Notes under the pieces: model-generated
Told to the model about the DNA's origin: nothing
The model's database searches: none
What the model saw: the letters and a program-made list of their open reading frames with translations, nothing else
Part shown: positions 41,071 through 52,815 of the stretch, piece by piece
Position numbering within the stretch: position 1 is the stretch's first letter
How the letters are laid out: each line of letters starts with the position of its first letter
Assembly (NCBI GenBank): GCA_000002445.1
Contig: CP000071.1
Span: 672,001 to 736,000, forward strand
Direction: 5' to 3'
DNA: 64,000 nt
From: Trypanosoma brucei
Taxonomy: Eukaryota
Made by a program: the position numbers and the translations under genes

Positions 41071-44000
41071 ATGCACTCGGAATTGAAAGCCTATGCTGTT
41101 CTTGTTGCTTTTACCCTCCTTGGAGAGCTTGGTCCCTTTCGAGGCGCGTACAGCTCCGTCGAGGACGAAGTAGCGGCATCGCATTCCCTCCAAGAGGTTC
41201 TTGATTTCCCAACTGTATCATATTATGACTCACTCGTAGGAGAGCCTTTAACGGGAGGGCACCACCGTGGTATCGTTGATATGTTTTCCGGTAGCTCCAC
41301 TGAGTGCTTCAACGGAGGTGTGCCCCCGACGAATGGGGATTCGAACTGCACCTGTCCCGCGCGAAGCAAATTTTCAGGTCTTAAGTGTGAGATGTGCCAG
41401 ACAGATGGTTCGTGTGATTCCATCGCAGGTCCGCAAAGTGTGTGCGAGAGGAGGCTAGCAATTTGGGGATCAAACAAGCAGTTCGAGTGCTCATTTAACA
41501 CGCCATTCTTCATTAAGCAAATGGGTGGCGGCCGCGATGTCGAGGCCCTCGTGACTCTCAATTGCTCAACACCCGATGGCACCGCCTTTCATGAGAGTAA
41601 CTCCGGTACCTGCGAGATGACATTGTTCCGGGTGGAACCAAAGCACGAATATGTAGATCCATTTTTTAGTTGTTCGGTGGAACAGTGCACGATGCACCTC
41701 GAGGAAATCAAAACGAACAAGGCAAATAAAACACCAACCAACTCAAACATCATCTCGAAGGCGGGCCTCATTGCATGGCGGGTGCTCATTGTCGCATTGT
41801 GCCTGCTACTGGCGATGCTGCAGTGCGTTTCACCCAAGGTGGGTCGCGGACGAACGGCGAAGCTTTTGTATGTGCTAGCTTGCCTGTTGGTAGCGGTGAC
41901 ATTACTTTTTATACTCGTGATGGTTCTCAACATGCATCAGGGGACACCGGAACTCAATGCCGTGTACGAGTGTAATAAAACACATTGCGACTGCTCGGAG
42001 GATCCACCGAAGGAGTATGGACCATTTTGCTCAGGAACGGTTATGAAAAAATTTATACTTCCGCAGATCAAAAACTCTATCAAGATAGTTTGTAACTTGC
42101 AGGATAAGACGTGCAGGCTGACGCTAAAGGACGTTAAAATCATTATTGACTTAAACTGCACAGCCAGTGAGTGCACAAATAAAAGGAAGTTTCCCAACGG
42201 ACCGTCGCTGCCGGTACCGGCAGATGATAAGGCACAACGGGCACTACTCACTTTCATTGCCCTCGGTTTTTTGGTGTTGTTGGTGCTGTTTGGTTTGCAT
42301 GTTTTGTGGGTCCTTAGGAGGACGCAGAAAAGAAAGGCCGAATTCGTTGATAGGTTTGGACTCCCAGAGTTGTGGACTCAAGAAGGAGAAGAAGGTGTGC
42401 CAGAAACGCGTTGCAACGGCCAGGGGTGGGGGGTTGCAACGCAACGGCAGCGGCGGCACGAGGGAGGTGCAGGGGGCTTGACTACAGCACGAAGCGCAAT
42501 GTCCATCGGCGAAGCCGGTGGATCAGCGCAGAGAAGTTGTAGTGGTGATATGCCCAGCTTAAGTGAATCCGAGAGGCACTTCACCAGCAACACTAACCGA
42601 CATGACAAGAAGGATTTCATCCGTGGGGTGACAAAGTCTCCCCTCAAACTACAACTGACTGATTTGGACTACAAGCTTGAGTCCTCTTGCTTTTCCAGCA
42701 ACAATAACGATGCATCACAACATATACTGCAGCAAGTAAACTTCTCTGTGAGGTCAGGAGATGTGCTTGCAATCATTGGCCCCTCAGGAGCTGGGAAAAC
42801 GAGCTTGCTAGACCTTCTGTCGGCACGGAGGAAGCAAGGACGTGTCTTTGGAGAGATGACAATAAACAACACCCCGCTAGTCGGTGCCTCCAATGAGGTT
42901 ACGGAACAGTATCGTAACATCATTGGTTACGTCTCCCAGGAAGATACGCTGATTCCAGCCCTGACAGTATACGAAACCATCAAGTACGCCGCCCGGTTGA
43001 AGCTACCTCAGGCGTTCTCCAGCGAAAGTATCAACGGGATTGTAGACCGTATGATTGAAGCGTTGAGATTGACTCGTTGTAAGGACACAGTCATTGGTGA
43101 TGGAACCAAGCTGCGTGGTGTTAGCGGAGGAGAGAAGCGGCGAGTCTCAATTGCCGTAGAGCTATTAGCCAACCCGCGTATCCTCTTCCTTGACGAACCA
43201 ACAAGCGGTCTTGATGCTGTCAGCGCCAAACATGTCATCGATGCTGTCGTTCAGCTTGCAAAGGAGTCACCTATGCGGGCATACGCACCGCATTACTTCG
43301 CGTTCAGGCCCATTGTCATTTTCAGTATACATCAACCTTCACAGGAAATTTACGAGCTCTGTGATAAAATTTTGCTTCTTTCACGCGGTATGAGTATCTA
43401 TTGTGGTCCCGCCAGCTGTGCTGCGGAGACACTTGAGGCACGCGTCCAACGGGTGATGGGAGGCGTCCAGACAATCCCACGCCTTGCCGACAACCCGAAC
43501 CACGCAGAGTATCTGATGAAGCTCGAGGAAATTGTCGACGATGTGGCACGCGTGGAACTTCAGAGGGAGAACACGGCACAGATGCTTTCAAGAGACGAGA
43601 CATCATCAGGAATGCGTCACGAAGAGCAAGCCATAATCAGAGGGGACATCATCCTCAAGACAACTTTTGGCTTCCGCAGGTATTATGCGAATGTGTACCA
43701 GCAAGTTGGGCTGCTAACGTCGCGTGCAGCTCGTTCTCTGCTTACCTCTTCTCATCTGATTGTCTGCCACGCTGCAGTTACGGCATCGGTCAGCACCCTC
43801 ATGATGATCTTATATCACGAGGAGGGGCTGGATCTCCCAGGAGCCCTTAACCGTGCGGGGTCCGTCACGTTTCTTCTGTTGGTTGTTTCATTTGCATCAC
43901 TAAGCTGCCTTGAGCATCTGGTCACAGAGCGGAAGCTGTTCGCAGTGGAGCGCGAAAACGGGTATTACACCACTCTGCCGTATCTCCTGTCGAAGATAAT

Positions 44001-44547
44001 TGTCGACATCATACCGCTCCGAGTTCTACCGACGTTGGTGATGGCAGCGCTCATCTATGTGCCCATGGGGCTTCGGGGGGACAGTGGCATACACTTATTC
44101 TGGTTCATCATCATTGTGGCACTGTTTTCAGTCTGCATTACACTGATTGTAATGTGTGTGGGAGTTGTTACTGGTTCATTTGGTTCCGCTGCCCTTTTGA
44201 GCAGCGTCGTCATCCTATGGAACTTCGTTTTTGGGGGTTTGCTCGTGCAATCAACAACAGTCCCCGCGGCACTTCGACCGTTCCAGGCAGCCTCGCCTTT
44301 CTTTCTTGCCTTTGAATCTCTATTGGTGAATGAACTTGATGGGCAGGATTGTACCTTCGCTCCGACAGACGCAACGGGAAAGCCATCGTCGACAAATGTA
44401 CCAATTTTATGTGTGCAGTACTTGACCAACATGGGCCTCACACCCGCACGCTTTACCAGGGATGTTGGGCAGCTTGCGGTAATGGTGCTCGTGCTACTGT
44501 GCTTGGCGTGGCTACTTCTGTTCCAATTCACTACTGTCGCACGTTGA
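41071..44547 (+). CDS. ABCG-family half-transporter (NBD-TMD order) with a roughly 430-aa N-terminal extension. The extension has a signal peptide, Cys-rich ectodomain segments and extra TM helices.
   Basis: The NBD has Walker A GPSGAGKTSLLDLL, a Q-loop, signature VSGGEKRRVSIAVELL and Walker B ILFLDEPTSGLD. Six C-terminal TM helices follow. The N-terminus MHSELKAYAVLVAFTLLG is signal-like. Cys-rich motifs are NCTCPARSKFSGLKCEMCQTDGSCD and CNKTHCDCSEDP, and three hydrophobic helices precede the NBD. Confidence 0.85.
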   Translation: MHSELKAYAVLVAFTLLGELGPFRGAYSSVEDEVAASHSLQEVLDFPTVSYYDSLVGEPLTGGHHRGIVDMFSGSSTECFNGGVPPTNGDSNCTCPARSKFSGLKCEMCQTDGSCDSIAGPQSVCERRLAIWGSNKQFECSFNTPFFIKQMGGGRDVEALVTLNCSTPDGTAFHESNSGTCEMTLFRVEPKHEYVDPFFSCSVEQCTMHLEEIKTNKANKTPTNSNIISKAGLIAWRVLIVALCLLLAMLQCVSPKVGRGRTAKLLYVLACLLVAVTLLFILVMVLNMHQGTPELNAVYECNKTHCDCSEDPPKEYGPFCSGTVMKKFILPQIKNSIKIVCNLQDKTCRLTLKDVKIIIDLNCTASECTNKRKFPNGPSLPVPADDKAQRALLTFIALGFLVLLVLFGLHVLWVLRRTQKRKAEFVDRFGLPELWTQEGEEGVPETRCNGQGWGVATQRQRRHEGGAGGLTTARSAMSIGEAGGSAQRSCSGDMPSLSESERHFTSNTNRHDKKDFIRGVTKSPLKLQLTDLDYKLESSCFSSNNNDASQHILQQVNFSVRSGDVLAIIGPSGAGKTSLLDLLSARRKQGRVFGEMTINNTPLVGASNEVTEQYRNIIGYVSQEDTLIPALTVYETIKYAARLKLPQAFSSESINGIVDRMIEALRLTRCKDTVIGDGTKLRGVSGGEKRRVSIAVELLANPRILFLDEPTSGLDAVSAKHVIDAVVQLAKESPMRAYAPHYFAFRPIVIFSIHQPSQEIYELCDKILLLSRGMSIYCGPASCAAETLEARVQRVMGGVQTIPRLADNPNHAEYLMKLEEIVDDVARVELQRENTAQMLSRDETSSGMRHEEQAIIRGDIILKTTFGFRRYYANVYQQVGLLTSRAARSLLTSSHLIVCHAAVTASVSTLMMILYHEEGLDLPGALNRAGSVTFLLLVVSFASLSCLEHLVTERKLFAVERENGYYTTLPYLLSKIIVDIIPLRVLPTLVMAALIYVPMGLRGDSGIHLFWFIIIVALFSVCITLIVMCVGVVTGSFGSAALLSSVVILWNFVFGGLLVQSTTVPAALRPFQAASPFFLAFESLLVNELDGQDCTFAPTDATGKPSSTNVPILCVQYLTNMGLTPARFTRDVGQLAVMVLVLLCLAWLLLFQFTTVAR

Positions 44548-45360
44548 AGGTAGTTAGTTGAGGGAGGGAGAGGAAGAAGAGCAGACTGCAGAGCAGTTGA
44601 TAGTTAATTCATCAAACCACAAGGAGGACCAGAGGGATGTATGAAGTCTGTGGGGTGTATAATCTAGTGTAGCAGTGCGTGTCGAGCGTGGAAACACATC
44701 CACTTATTCCTTCTTTTCCCACAAGGATATATATCCACTCATAGTTTCTTTTTTCCCTTACGCGGTGTCAGGCATGTAAGTAGATCTCTGTTGAGCATCG
44801 TGTGATGCGAAAAGTTGTGTTTGAAAAGAGGAATGAGAAGGACGGAAAAGGGGTGAATCGTTCAGACAGTAGTAGGGGGTGTAGGGGAACTGGAACGGAG
44901 CTGAGAGGTTTAAAAATTCTTTCTACTCCGTTGTTGCTTTCTCGTCGGTACCACTGCCGTTAAAGCTTGCGACGCAAAGCTTGTGGTTATCTGTACGCGT
45001 GCGTGGGCATTAATACGACTGTTGGTGCTACCATTGTTCATAGGGCCCGCGGCCACTTTGAACTTGATCATTGTTTGCTTTATCCAGTTACACTTAGTTC
45101 GGGAATACGACAAAAAAAAAGAAGTGGGAAAAAGCTGCGTGTGCGTTTGTGCTTGCGTGCGTCGTCTATTCCGCGAGCACCGCCTCTACAAGGGAGAGGA
45201 TTGCTGGAGTTTACACGCATCGCTTGACTTCAATTTGCTTATTCACATCTTTACTTTTGGTGTCTCACTGTCTTCCTTGTTCTGCGCAGACTATTCATCC
45301 TTCTCCCTTGTGTGTGGATCAAACACTGGATACGACTGGCACGTATGTTTTCAATTTTGC

Positions 45361-45425
45361 GTTTTTTGCTTGCTCGCTGTTCTTTTTTTTTTTCTTCCCC
45401 CTTACCTCTATTACCTCGCTCCTTC
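45361..45425 (+). promoter_or_regulatory. Polypyrimidine tract, a candidate trans-splicing acceptor signal, upstream of the large hypothetical gene.
   Basis: The tract ttgcttgctcgctgttctttttttttttcttcccccttacctctattacctcgctcc lies about 120 bp upstream of ATG 45543. This is the typical position of kinetoplastid spliced-leader acceptor signals. Confidence 0.4.
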
Positions 45426-45542
45426 ATCGGTTACTGTTATCATTGTCATCGTCATCATCCACAAAGGAGGAAGCAGTTTCAATACGTACCACTTTTGACG
45501 AACCCGCATCCGGGGTTGACCGTTGTAGAAAAGAAAGGGGAA

Positions 45543-48500
45543 ATGGCAACGCTTCGGTTCAACCTCCCAGCGCTCAATGAGTACCAGTGGCGTAATTTGT
45601 ACCTCAAGAAGTACGGCTCGTGTACGTACGGGCCGCCGATGCCGAAACACGAGTACCGAATCGACCCATGTACTGTAGAATGGCGGCGTAAGAGGGAGCA
45701 GGAGGTGTGGAAAAGTACCACAGGTCAGGGAGACGAGAATAGTCGCAAGCTGGGCGGTGGCGACATCACCAGCAGGATGTTACAGACGTCGGATTATATG
45801 GATGCGAGCGACGACGGCCGTATGGCTGAGTTTTCAGGAACACACAACGGAGATTCAGATGGGGAGTCACTCTACAAGGAAGCGAGCACATATGACAACC
45901 AACTTTTCACGACGGATATGTTCGCGTTCCTCAGCTCCGGTGATAGTGATTCACAATCATCAACCATGTCAGAAATGTTCACATTCTTACCACAGAACGG
46001 GTCGCGGAGCTTCCCCACTCGGCTGCCTACAGTCTCAGAATTTACTGCAGCTGACTCACTAATTCCAGCTAGAGAAAGTCGGAACACAAAACCGGAAGAT
46101 TCAATTTTGAAGTCCAATGATCTCGTTCGACTGCAGCGCGAGACGTGGCAGCTGTTGATGGATGACCGCATAATGATGTGGTTTGAGCGTGAGGTCAAGG
46201 AGCACGGACGCATTGCCGCAAATGTGCAAAAGAAGCTACTTGAAATCGTCACAAAAAAACCTGACGCTCACAGCGATGTGACCACAAGATCGAGCGCCAG
46301 TGAAAAAAAGAAGGCACAGGAGCCTCCTGCAGAACTTCCGTTCAGTTACGTGCATGAAACAAAACCGGAATCCAGTGAAGATGAAAAACTGATGCAAACA
46401 CTAGAGAAGTTTTCACCCTTCTTTGCTGTTATTTCGCCCCCTGAAGTACTACAAAGGGTGGCATCACAAGTCTCGACATCAAAGGGGGGAGAGGTACTTA
46501 GTGGCACCTCCAACACTATTGGGCTTCCAATATTTAGTCAGTACCACACTTGGCGAGAGACCTTTGAATTTAGACAAACGTGGCGTTTGGCGCCATTCAG
46601 CTTTTTTCTCATCCACGACAGCAGTTACAACCATGCGCAGATATGTGCACTGTACATACTGTTAGATGTAATCTGCCGAACATCCCATACTCACACGGCG
46701 GAATGCGCGATGAATGAGCAAAGCCGCCAACTTATGGCTGAGAGACGGGTACGGCGACGACGGAGTGCCAAGACAGACGACGTGGTGCGAGCACAGTCGT
46801 GTCCGTTGGTGCTTATACAGCAGTTGACGGAGGACATTCTCCTCGCGTACGAGCAGAGCTCCGCCCGCACAGCATTGTCTGCGGCACTCCAAGTCTTGCG
46901 TTTTTTAACAAATATAGTTCTTGATGCCTGCACCGCATCTCGTTTCGTAAGTCCCGAAGCACTTCGACGGCAATGTGGATTCGATGGCGACCCTAATCCC
47001 GCCGGCACCACTACGGCGGAAAGTGTTGCAAGTGTCAGTGTGAGCATCGTGCGCGATGATGAGACCTCCTCCCTGCGCCGACGACGACCGCAGCCTTCCC
47101 CCCTGAACGAAGTAGCAAGGGGGTTAGGGATCGCTGAATGCAGTGTCGATGGTGATGACGGGGTCAGGGACCGCCAAGCGCCCACGGAGGACGAAGAAAA
47201 TATGTATCGAATGGACATCAATAGCTGCATTGCCTCAATACCTTTACAGCACCTAAATGAGTCTAGTTTCGAGCAACTCTTCGAACTGGTTTATTGGTTT
47301 GTGGATGCTCCAACTGCCAACAGTACAGTTACGGAGAAGGTGACTCAGGGACGAATCACATGGGACGCGAAAGCTCCAAGCTCACCGACTGCCACTGCGG
47401 GGGGGCCCACATCTGGAGAGCGCGGCCGAGGTGCCCCAACATCCCCTGCAGCTGACACGGGTAGCCCCACGAGGCGTGACGGAGCTGGCGCCCAACAACG
47501 GGCACAGGACTTCGAGGCCACTGCGTCTGTTGTGGAGGCCATTGTACGTTTCGAGACAAACATGACCTTTAACTTGAATGCGCCAGTGGATGATCCCTAC
47601 TTTTCTCCTCTTGCGGCACAGAGTACGAGAAAAAATTCAAAGAAAAAAGAAGGTGAACGTCGAGCCGCGATTCAAGCAACGCCCGCGGCTGCCCCGAACA
47701 ATGAGGCAGGGGTGGCAATATTTAGAGTGTCACTAACCTTTGTAACGACGTATATACGGCTTCACGGCGCAACCTGGTTAAAGGAACTGCTGAATCGACT
47801 TTTCAACATCCTTCGTCGGGAGAGTGTCCTACTGTACCTGAACGACTCCGACTTCAACATCAATCAAGGGCTTTCCGCCCGAAAGAAAAACTCGTCTTTT
47901 CTGAGCTGGGGTGCCAAGCGCTTCGCCGCATACTCTTCGTCTGTGCAAGATAGCGGCCTCTCAACATCTTCAGGGGACTGGGATTCGACGCTGCAGGGAA
48001 AATTGGAGAAGCTTGAGCAACTAATATGCCAGGACATAGGATATGTTATGGGGGAGTTCTTTAGTTCGTTGCATGGAAAGCGTGCCATAACGCGCCTTCC
48101 GCAGGCAATATCTGTCATGTTAACGGACTATTGCTCGACTATTCATTTACATCTTCTTAATCAACGGACACCCATGGAGTATTCGCATGAACCACCCGCG
48201 GTGCGTGTGAAGAAGTATTTGGCAGAAATGCGTCAAAGGCGCGTAACTGGCGGGTTAGCACTTGGACCCCAGGGAAAGGGGCAAGGAGTCGCGGAGGACA
48301 CGCTTATCCACAATGTGGGATGCCATAGATTGGCGAAATTTATCCTTTTTGACTGTTGGATTTTGCCAGCACTTAACAACGCCGTCGCCTTTGGTTATCT
48401 CCCCGAAGATGCACCTCATCACCTTCGGTCAAACGTTAACGCCTTCACGCGTTACCTAAAGATAATTGTAAATGCCCCGTTCGCCAGTAGGTGTCGTCCA

Positions 48501-49940
48501 GGACCTGCTGCAAGGGATGTCTCGCAATTTCCAAGTTGTGGGACGAGGAAGCCTGTGGCAGAAAAGAAACTCCAAGCCTTCGATGACGTTGCACACGCGT
48601 GGCGGTGCAACACTCTGAGGCTCCCGTCCAGGATTACCGGGATTTACAATGCTTGTACAGGTTCCCTCAACCGGTTAACAAGAGACACCACGGCGGAGGA
48701 TGAAAAGCCTAACAAACGCCGAGCGGCGGCTTCTACGTCCTTTAGTAAAATGACGCTGACCAAAGTGATCACTGGGGACATGAGCAGCTCCATCGACCGG
48801 GTACGAGAGACATGGAGCGAGAAATTCACTGCGCTAGATACCCTCAATGCGTTCCTTGACCTGAATAGTAATAGTTTAGACTGGGGAGAGGTGCACGATG
48901 ACGATGTAGATATGTCGCCGTCACAGATTTTGAACATCTTTTGCGACCGCGCCTCATATGATATCTCAACGAAGATCGTTGTTTCCGAGTTCACAGTGTC
49001 TCCTTCAACGTCAGCGGCATGTATCAGTAACATTTATTCGCTTATGTCTGGGCAGCATTACTTAGTGCGGAACGCGTGTCTCTCCGGTACACTTGTTGGG
49101 CGATTCAAGTCATCACCCTACCTGGCGTGTCTCATCGGAGTGCTAACACACCCGTACATGGCCGTACAAGTGGCAGAAAACGTTCTCCGCAACAGCCGCG
49201 CACTCTACAACGCTCTCATGACGCCCCTAAACGACGAAACACTGCTTTCCATGATGTCCTCCCTAGTGTCGGGTAAGAACAATACGGTTTTAATGGACAC
49301 GAATCAGCTCGTAACGGCGGTGGCGGCTCTTCCCTTTAAGGCGCGACCGGGTTCGGCCGACAGGTCTAATTCTACCAGTGAGACACCGGATATGGCACGG
49401 GCCAAGTTATGGCAGAACACAGCACAAATTCTGTTGGAAAGGCGGTCGCTTGCCACCACAGGCGCCAGGCATCCATCGCATGTGCTCCGCCGGCTCATTG
49501 CGAAGGTGAGGGCCCCCGCTGATCCAACAGACGTGTTGAAAAATACCTCTCTCGCGATGGAAAATGAGGTGGGACACGCTCCCCTCTGCTTTGACGCATG
49601 GTGGCGGGCTATGGTTGTGGCACTCACGGTAAAGGCAATGAATGTGATTGAGGAAAGCAGTGGGGCAAGGGCCATGCAGTGGGAACAATGGTGCGAAGTG
49701 AAGGTAAATGACATGCAGAAGGAGTTCCGTGGACTCTGTGCCTATTTGTCAAAGCACAAGTCAGCGAAGACATGTATTCCCGAGGATAAGATAATGTCGT
49801 ACTGTCGAGACGGGACCACCACACGGCCAAAACCTGCAAAGCAGGAAATCAGCCAACCACAGCGGGTGAAAAGTGCCCAAGAGAAACGAAGCGTGTCACG
49901 GAGTAAGCATAGAGCCAAAAAAAAGAAGGCGACGAAGTGA
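45543..49940 (+). CDS. Large hypothetical protein, about 1465 aa from ATG 45543.
   Basis: The long + strand ORF begins at 45312, but its first 77 codons run through a polypyrimidine tract. MATLRFNLPALNEYQW is therefore the more plausible start. There are Ser/Thr-rich and Arg-rich low-complexity regions and a basic C-terminus, RSVSRSKHRAKKKKATK. Confidence 0.6.
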   Translation: MATLRFNLPALNEYQWRNLYLKKYGSCTYGPPMPKHEYRIDPCTVEWRRKREQEVWKSTTGQGDENSRKLGGGDITSRMLQTSDYMDASDDGRMAEFSGTHNGDSDGESLYKEASTYDNQLFTTDMFAFLSSGDSDSQSSTMSEMFTFLPQNGSRSFPTRLPTVSEFTAADSLIPARESRNTKPEDSILKSNDLVRLQRETWQLLMDDRIMMWFEREVKEHGRIAANVQKKLLEIVTKKPDAHSDVTTRSSASEKKKAQEPPAELPFSYVHETKPESSEDEKLMQTLEKFSPFFAVISPPEVLQRVASQVSTSKGGEVLSGTSNTIGLPIFSQYHTWRETFEFRQTWRLAPFSFFLIHDSSYNHAQICALYILLDVICRTSHTHTAECAMNEQSRQLMAERRVRRRRSAKTDDVVRAQSCPLVLIQQLTEDILLAYEQSSARTALSAALQVLRFLTNIVLDACTASRFVSPEALRRQCGFDGDPNPAGTTTAESVASVSVSIVRDDETSSLRRRRPQPSPLNEVARGLGIAECSVDGDDGVRDRQAPTEDEENMYRMDINSCIASIPLQHLNESSFEQLFELVYWFVDAPTANSTVTEKVTQGRITWDAKAPSSPTATAGGPTSGERGRGAPTSPAADTGSPTRRDGAGAQQRAQDFEATASVVEAIVRFETNMTFNLNAPVDDPYFSPLAAQSTRKNSKKKEGERRAAIQATPAAAPNNEAGVAIFRVSLTFVTTYIRLHGATWLKELLNRLFNILRRESVLLYLNDSDFNINQGLSARKKNSSFLSWGAKRFAAYSSSVQDSGLSTSSGDWDSTLQGKLEKLEQLICQDIGYVMGEFFSSLHGKRAITRLPQAISVMLTDYCSTIHLHLLNQRTPMEYSHEPPAVRVKKYLAEMRQRRVTGGLALGPQGKGQGVAEDTLIHNVGCHRLAKFILFDCWILPALNNAVAFGYLPEDAPHHLRSNVNAFTRYLKIIVNAPFASRCRPGPAARDVSQFPSCGTRKPVAEKKLQAFDDVAHAWRCNTLRLPSRITGIYNACTGSLNRLTRDTTAEDEKPNKRRAAASTSFSKMTLTKVITGDMSSSIDRVRETWSEKFTALDTLNAFLDLNSNSLDWGEVHDDDVDMSPSQILNIFCDRASYDISTKIVVSEFTVSPSTSAACISNIYSLMSGQHYLVRNACLSGTLVGRFKSSPYLACLIGVLTHPYMAVQVAENVLRNSRALYNALMTPLNDETLLSMMSSLVSGKNNTVLMDTNQLVTAVAALPFKARPGSADRSNSTSETPDMARAKLWQNTAQILLERRSLATTGARHPSHVLRRLIAKVRAPADPTDVLKNTSLAMENEVGHAPLCFDAWWRAMVVALTVKAMNVIEESSGARAMQWEQWCEVKVNDMQKEFRGLCAYLSKHKSAKTCIPEDKIMSYCRDGTTTRPKPAKQEISQPQRVKSAQEKRSVSRSKHRAKKKKATK

Positions 49941-51473
49941 TAACCAGCAAAAGAAGAATACACCCAAGTGTGTCGTAAAGAGGGAAGAATAGAAGTAGCT
50001 GATGAGGATCAGTGGCGGAGGAGAGTTGTAGGCTGTAATGATTTATATTGAGACGGGCATACAGATGGGGAACAGCGCCCCAACCACGTATATCAGCCAC
50101 CCCAACACTAGGGCCTTTACTTCGTTTTCGTTGGTGGTTCCATTTTGAATTCTCTTTTGGTCGCAGGTACTTGAAAAAGACGTGATGGCCTTTGCTCAGT
50201 GATGAAATATATATATATGCAGTGGAAGGGACCTGACGATGGCATGTTTACACCTTAGCGAAATCTTTCTTGAAGGATCCTAGTTTGTACATTTACCTTC
50301 TTCAAGCGCCTTTTTTTTTTTTAACAGCGTGGATGTACATTCAACCGGATGGACTGGCGCACCAGTACGGTGCTTCACAATGGGTTCAGTACCTGTTTGG
50401 AGATAAGGCTTATTCGATGAAGGAACCACGCTTTATTCCCCCCTCGTTTTTTTGCCTGTATTTGTGTTGTGCCGCGTTTTCAAGGCCCTTCTTTCCTCCT
50501 TCCTTTTGCAGTTTTTTTCTCCGATTAGTGGAGCGATAGTGCCACGAGCTCATGAAGTACCGACAATGTTCTCTGACCACTAAAAGCGGAGGAAAAGACT
50601 TAGGGATGCGGACGGATGCGATGGTGCAGCGGTTACGTGAATCAGAAGTGTTGCACTACACAACGTGCCTTAACGCATTGGAAAGCGTTCGGACGCTTCA
50701 GCTTTGCAATGAGGCATTAACTACGTGGCATTGCCTACAGCGTGTGAACGCGAGCACCGTCTCTCCTCCTTCCCTTCATAATGTGGGCCTATAACTGGTG
50801 GAAATATGTGAAGGCGACCTGTTCTCACTTCGGCACGCGAGTGCATCAGAAGCTAGTGGTGCTGCGCAAATATATATATATTTATATACATATACTCCTT
50901 TTGTTGTTGCTCATACAAAGAGAAACCTCAGTGCGGAAAACACTCCACGTGCGTCTACGGTCGCTACCTAACGGTTTCATTGTTATTCTTTTTTTTTTTG
51001 TTATTGGGAAATCTGATGCGAGATTGTTTTGATAAACTACTTTGCGTGTGTAACAGATGCGCGCACGCTCGGCATGACGGGAGTGGAATGCACGTATATG
51101 TGCATAGCTGTTCCTACAGACTTCTATTTTTAATAGCTGGTGGCATTTAAGGTATGGAAAGTATTTGATTAACCATGGGTAAAATTTTTTACTAAAGTGA
51201 CGCAACTTATATCCACTTTGTCAGTTTGCACGTACTTCGCCCTCCTTACATTGTTTGCCTGAGTGGGCCTTACGGCAGGTGGAAGAGGGTGCGTAGCCAC
51301 CAATCCGTCTTCACTTAAGCTCTGGCTACGGTTGTTTGGTGACTTTTAAACACGAACACACACATACATGGTTGCAAGGGCAAGAGAAGAACAGCACCGT
51401 CGAAGGAGATCTAGTACAGGGGTAAACACAAACATCACACACATACACATACAAACAAATTGTACACTATAAT

Positions 51474-52259
51474 ATGAATATCGTCACAAGCTACTTCCTG
51501 GTGAAGCGCATTCCCGGGAGCATTTTTCTTGGTGAGGCTTCCCTACGAAATGCCGAGGCACGGCAGCGTGAGTACTTGGAATGCATCAGGCAGAATGTCA
51601 CTCACAGAGAGGTGGACTCCCTGCATCTTCTTATCGAGGGAAGCGACGCATACAACCACTTCCGAACACATATTATGGAGAACAATAATTCGTTTCCCGA
51701 CGGGCGGTTGCGGCAGAAAATCGTGCCGATACTGTGGCAGAAAGGGCAGCCAACGTACGCGGACTTATTTGAACACGCCAATAAGCTTCTCCGAGGGCGA
51801 TTGGCGATGGTATGCAATGCTGACGTTTACATATCTCAGCACGGTGCGTCTGTGCGGGATCTGGCAAGGCTCTTTGACCAGGGGGTACCGCGTGTGGCCT
51901 TGGCGTTAACGCGATATGAGAGCGAAAATTTTATGGACGCACCACTGCAAGATAACTACAGGGGGTCCCACGATGCTTTTGTTGTACGACCGCCGTTGGA
52001 AGACTCATTGCTAAGAAGCGTGAAACATCCGCAGAACTGTTACAAGGCGGAAAATGTTGTGTTGCACGAACTACAACGGCATGGGTACATGGTGAAGAAC
52101 CCCTGCCGCGATTTCATGCTGGTACACCGCCACGAAGCGGATCTGCGGCAGTGGCTGCCTTCTGTCGATGAGGAACGGTATGCGAGAGCACCGCCATGTA
52201 GCATTGAAGAAGCTGTAATCGCCCTGAAGGAAGAGAACGACAGGTTGGAACGGCATTAA
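51474..52259 (+). CDS. Hypothetical protein, 261 aa.
   Basis: A + strand ORF with coding-like composition and no recognised family. Confidence 0.45.
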   Translation: MNIVTSYFLVKRIPGSIFLGEASLRNAEARQREYLECIRQNVTHREVDSLHLLIEGSDAYNHFRTHIMENNNSFPDGRLRQKIVPILWQKGQPTYADLFEHANKLLRGRLAMVCNADVYISQHGASVRDLARLFDQGVPRVALALTRYESENFMDAPLQDNYRGSHDAFVVRPPLEDSLLRSVKHPQNCYKAENVVLHELQRHGYMVKNPCRDFMLVHRHEADLRQWLPSVDEERYARAPPCSIEEAVIALKEENDRLERH

Positions 52260-52815
52260 ACGCTTTGGAGTTCTTTGGGGGGGGGAGAGGGGGTGTACCC
52301 CCGAAGCCAGCGGGTGTGTTCTGTGTAGGTAGTGTGTGCTTGCTGTCGTCTTAATTGCGAGGATTTTTTTTTTCAAACCTCCAGACTCGTTCTTCTCCGT
52401 AAAGCGCTTTCTTGCTGCGGACCAGCATGACAGGAACAGTTCGATCACTCTTTGGGCGCCTCTCATTTCATTTACACATGCATTTCCTACACTCCAGAGG
52501 CCCCGTTGTTTGAGCCCACTCTTTGCTAGTGGGGAATTCCCACCTCAACAACACTTTGTACACGTTTGTTTTATTCTTTACACTGCATATGCACGCTTGC
52601 TGTGTGTCTGTTGCATTCACGGGTATGAACAGATGACTATTCCTTTTTTCTCCTTTCGTGTTGCTCCGTATTGTACCTTTAACTGTGGCGAAGCACCCAG
52701 TATTTGTCCTTCCTGCTGCTACTGAGGGCAGCAGTGATACAAAAAATAGGCTCCACACCTTTCCGGCCTCCCCAACTCGCGTCCACTGTACGATACGTTT
52801 GTTCGCGGGCAGTTT

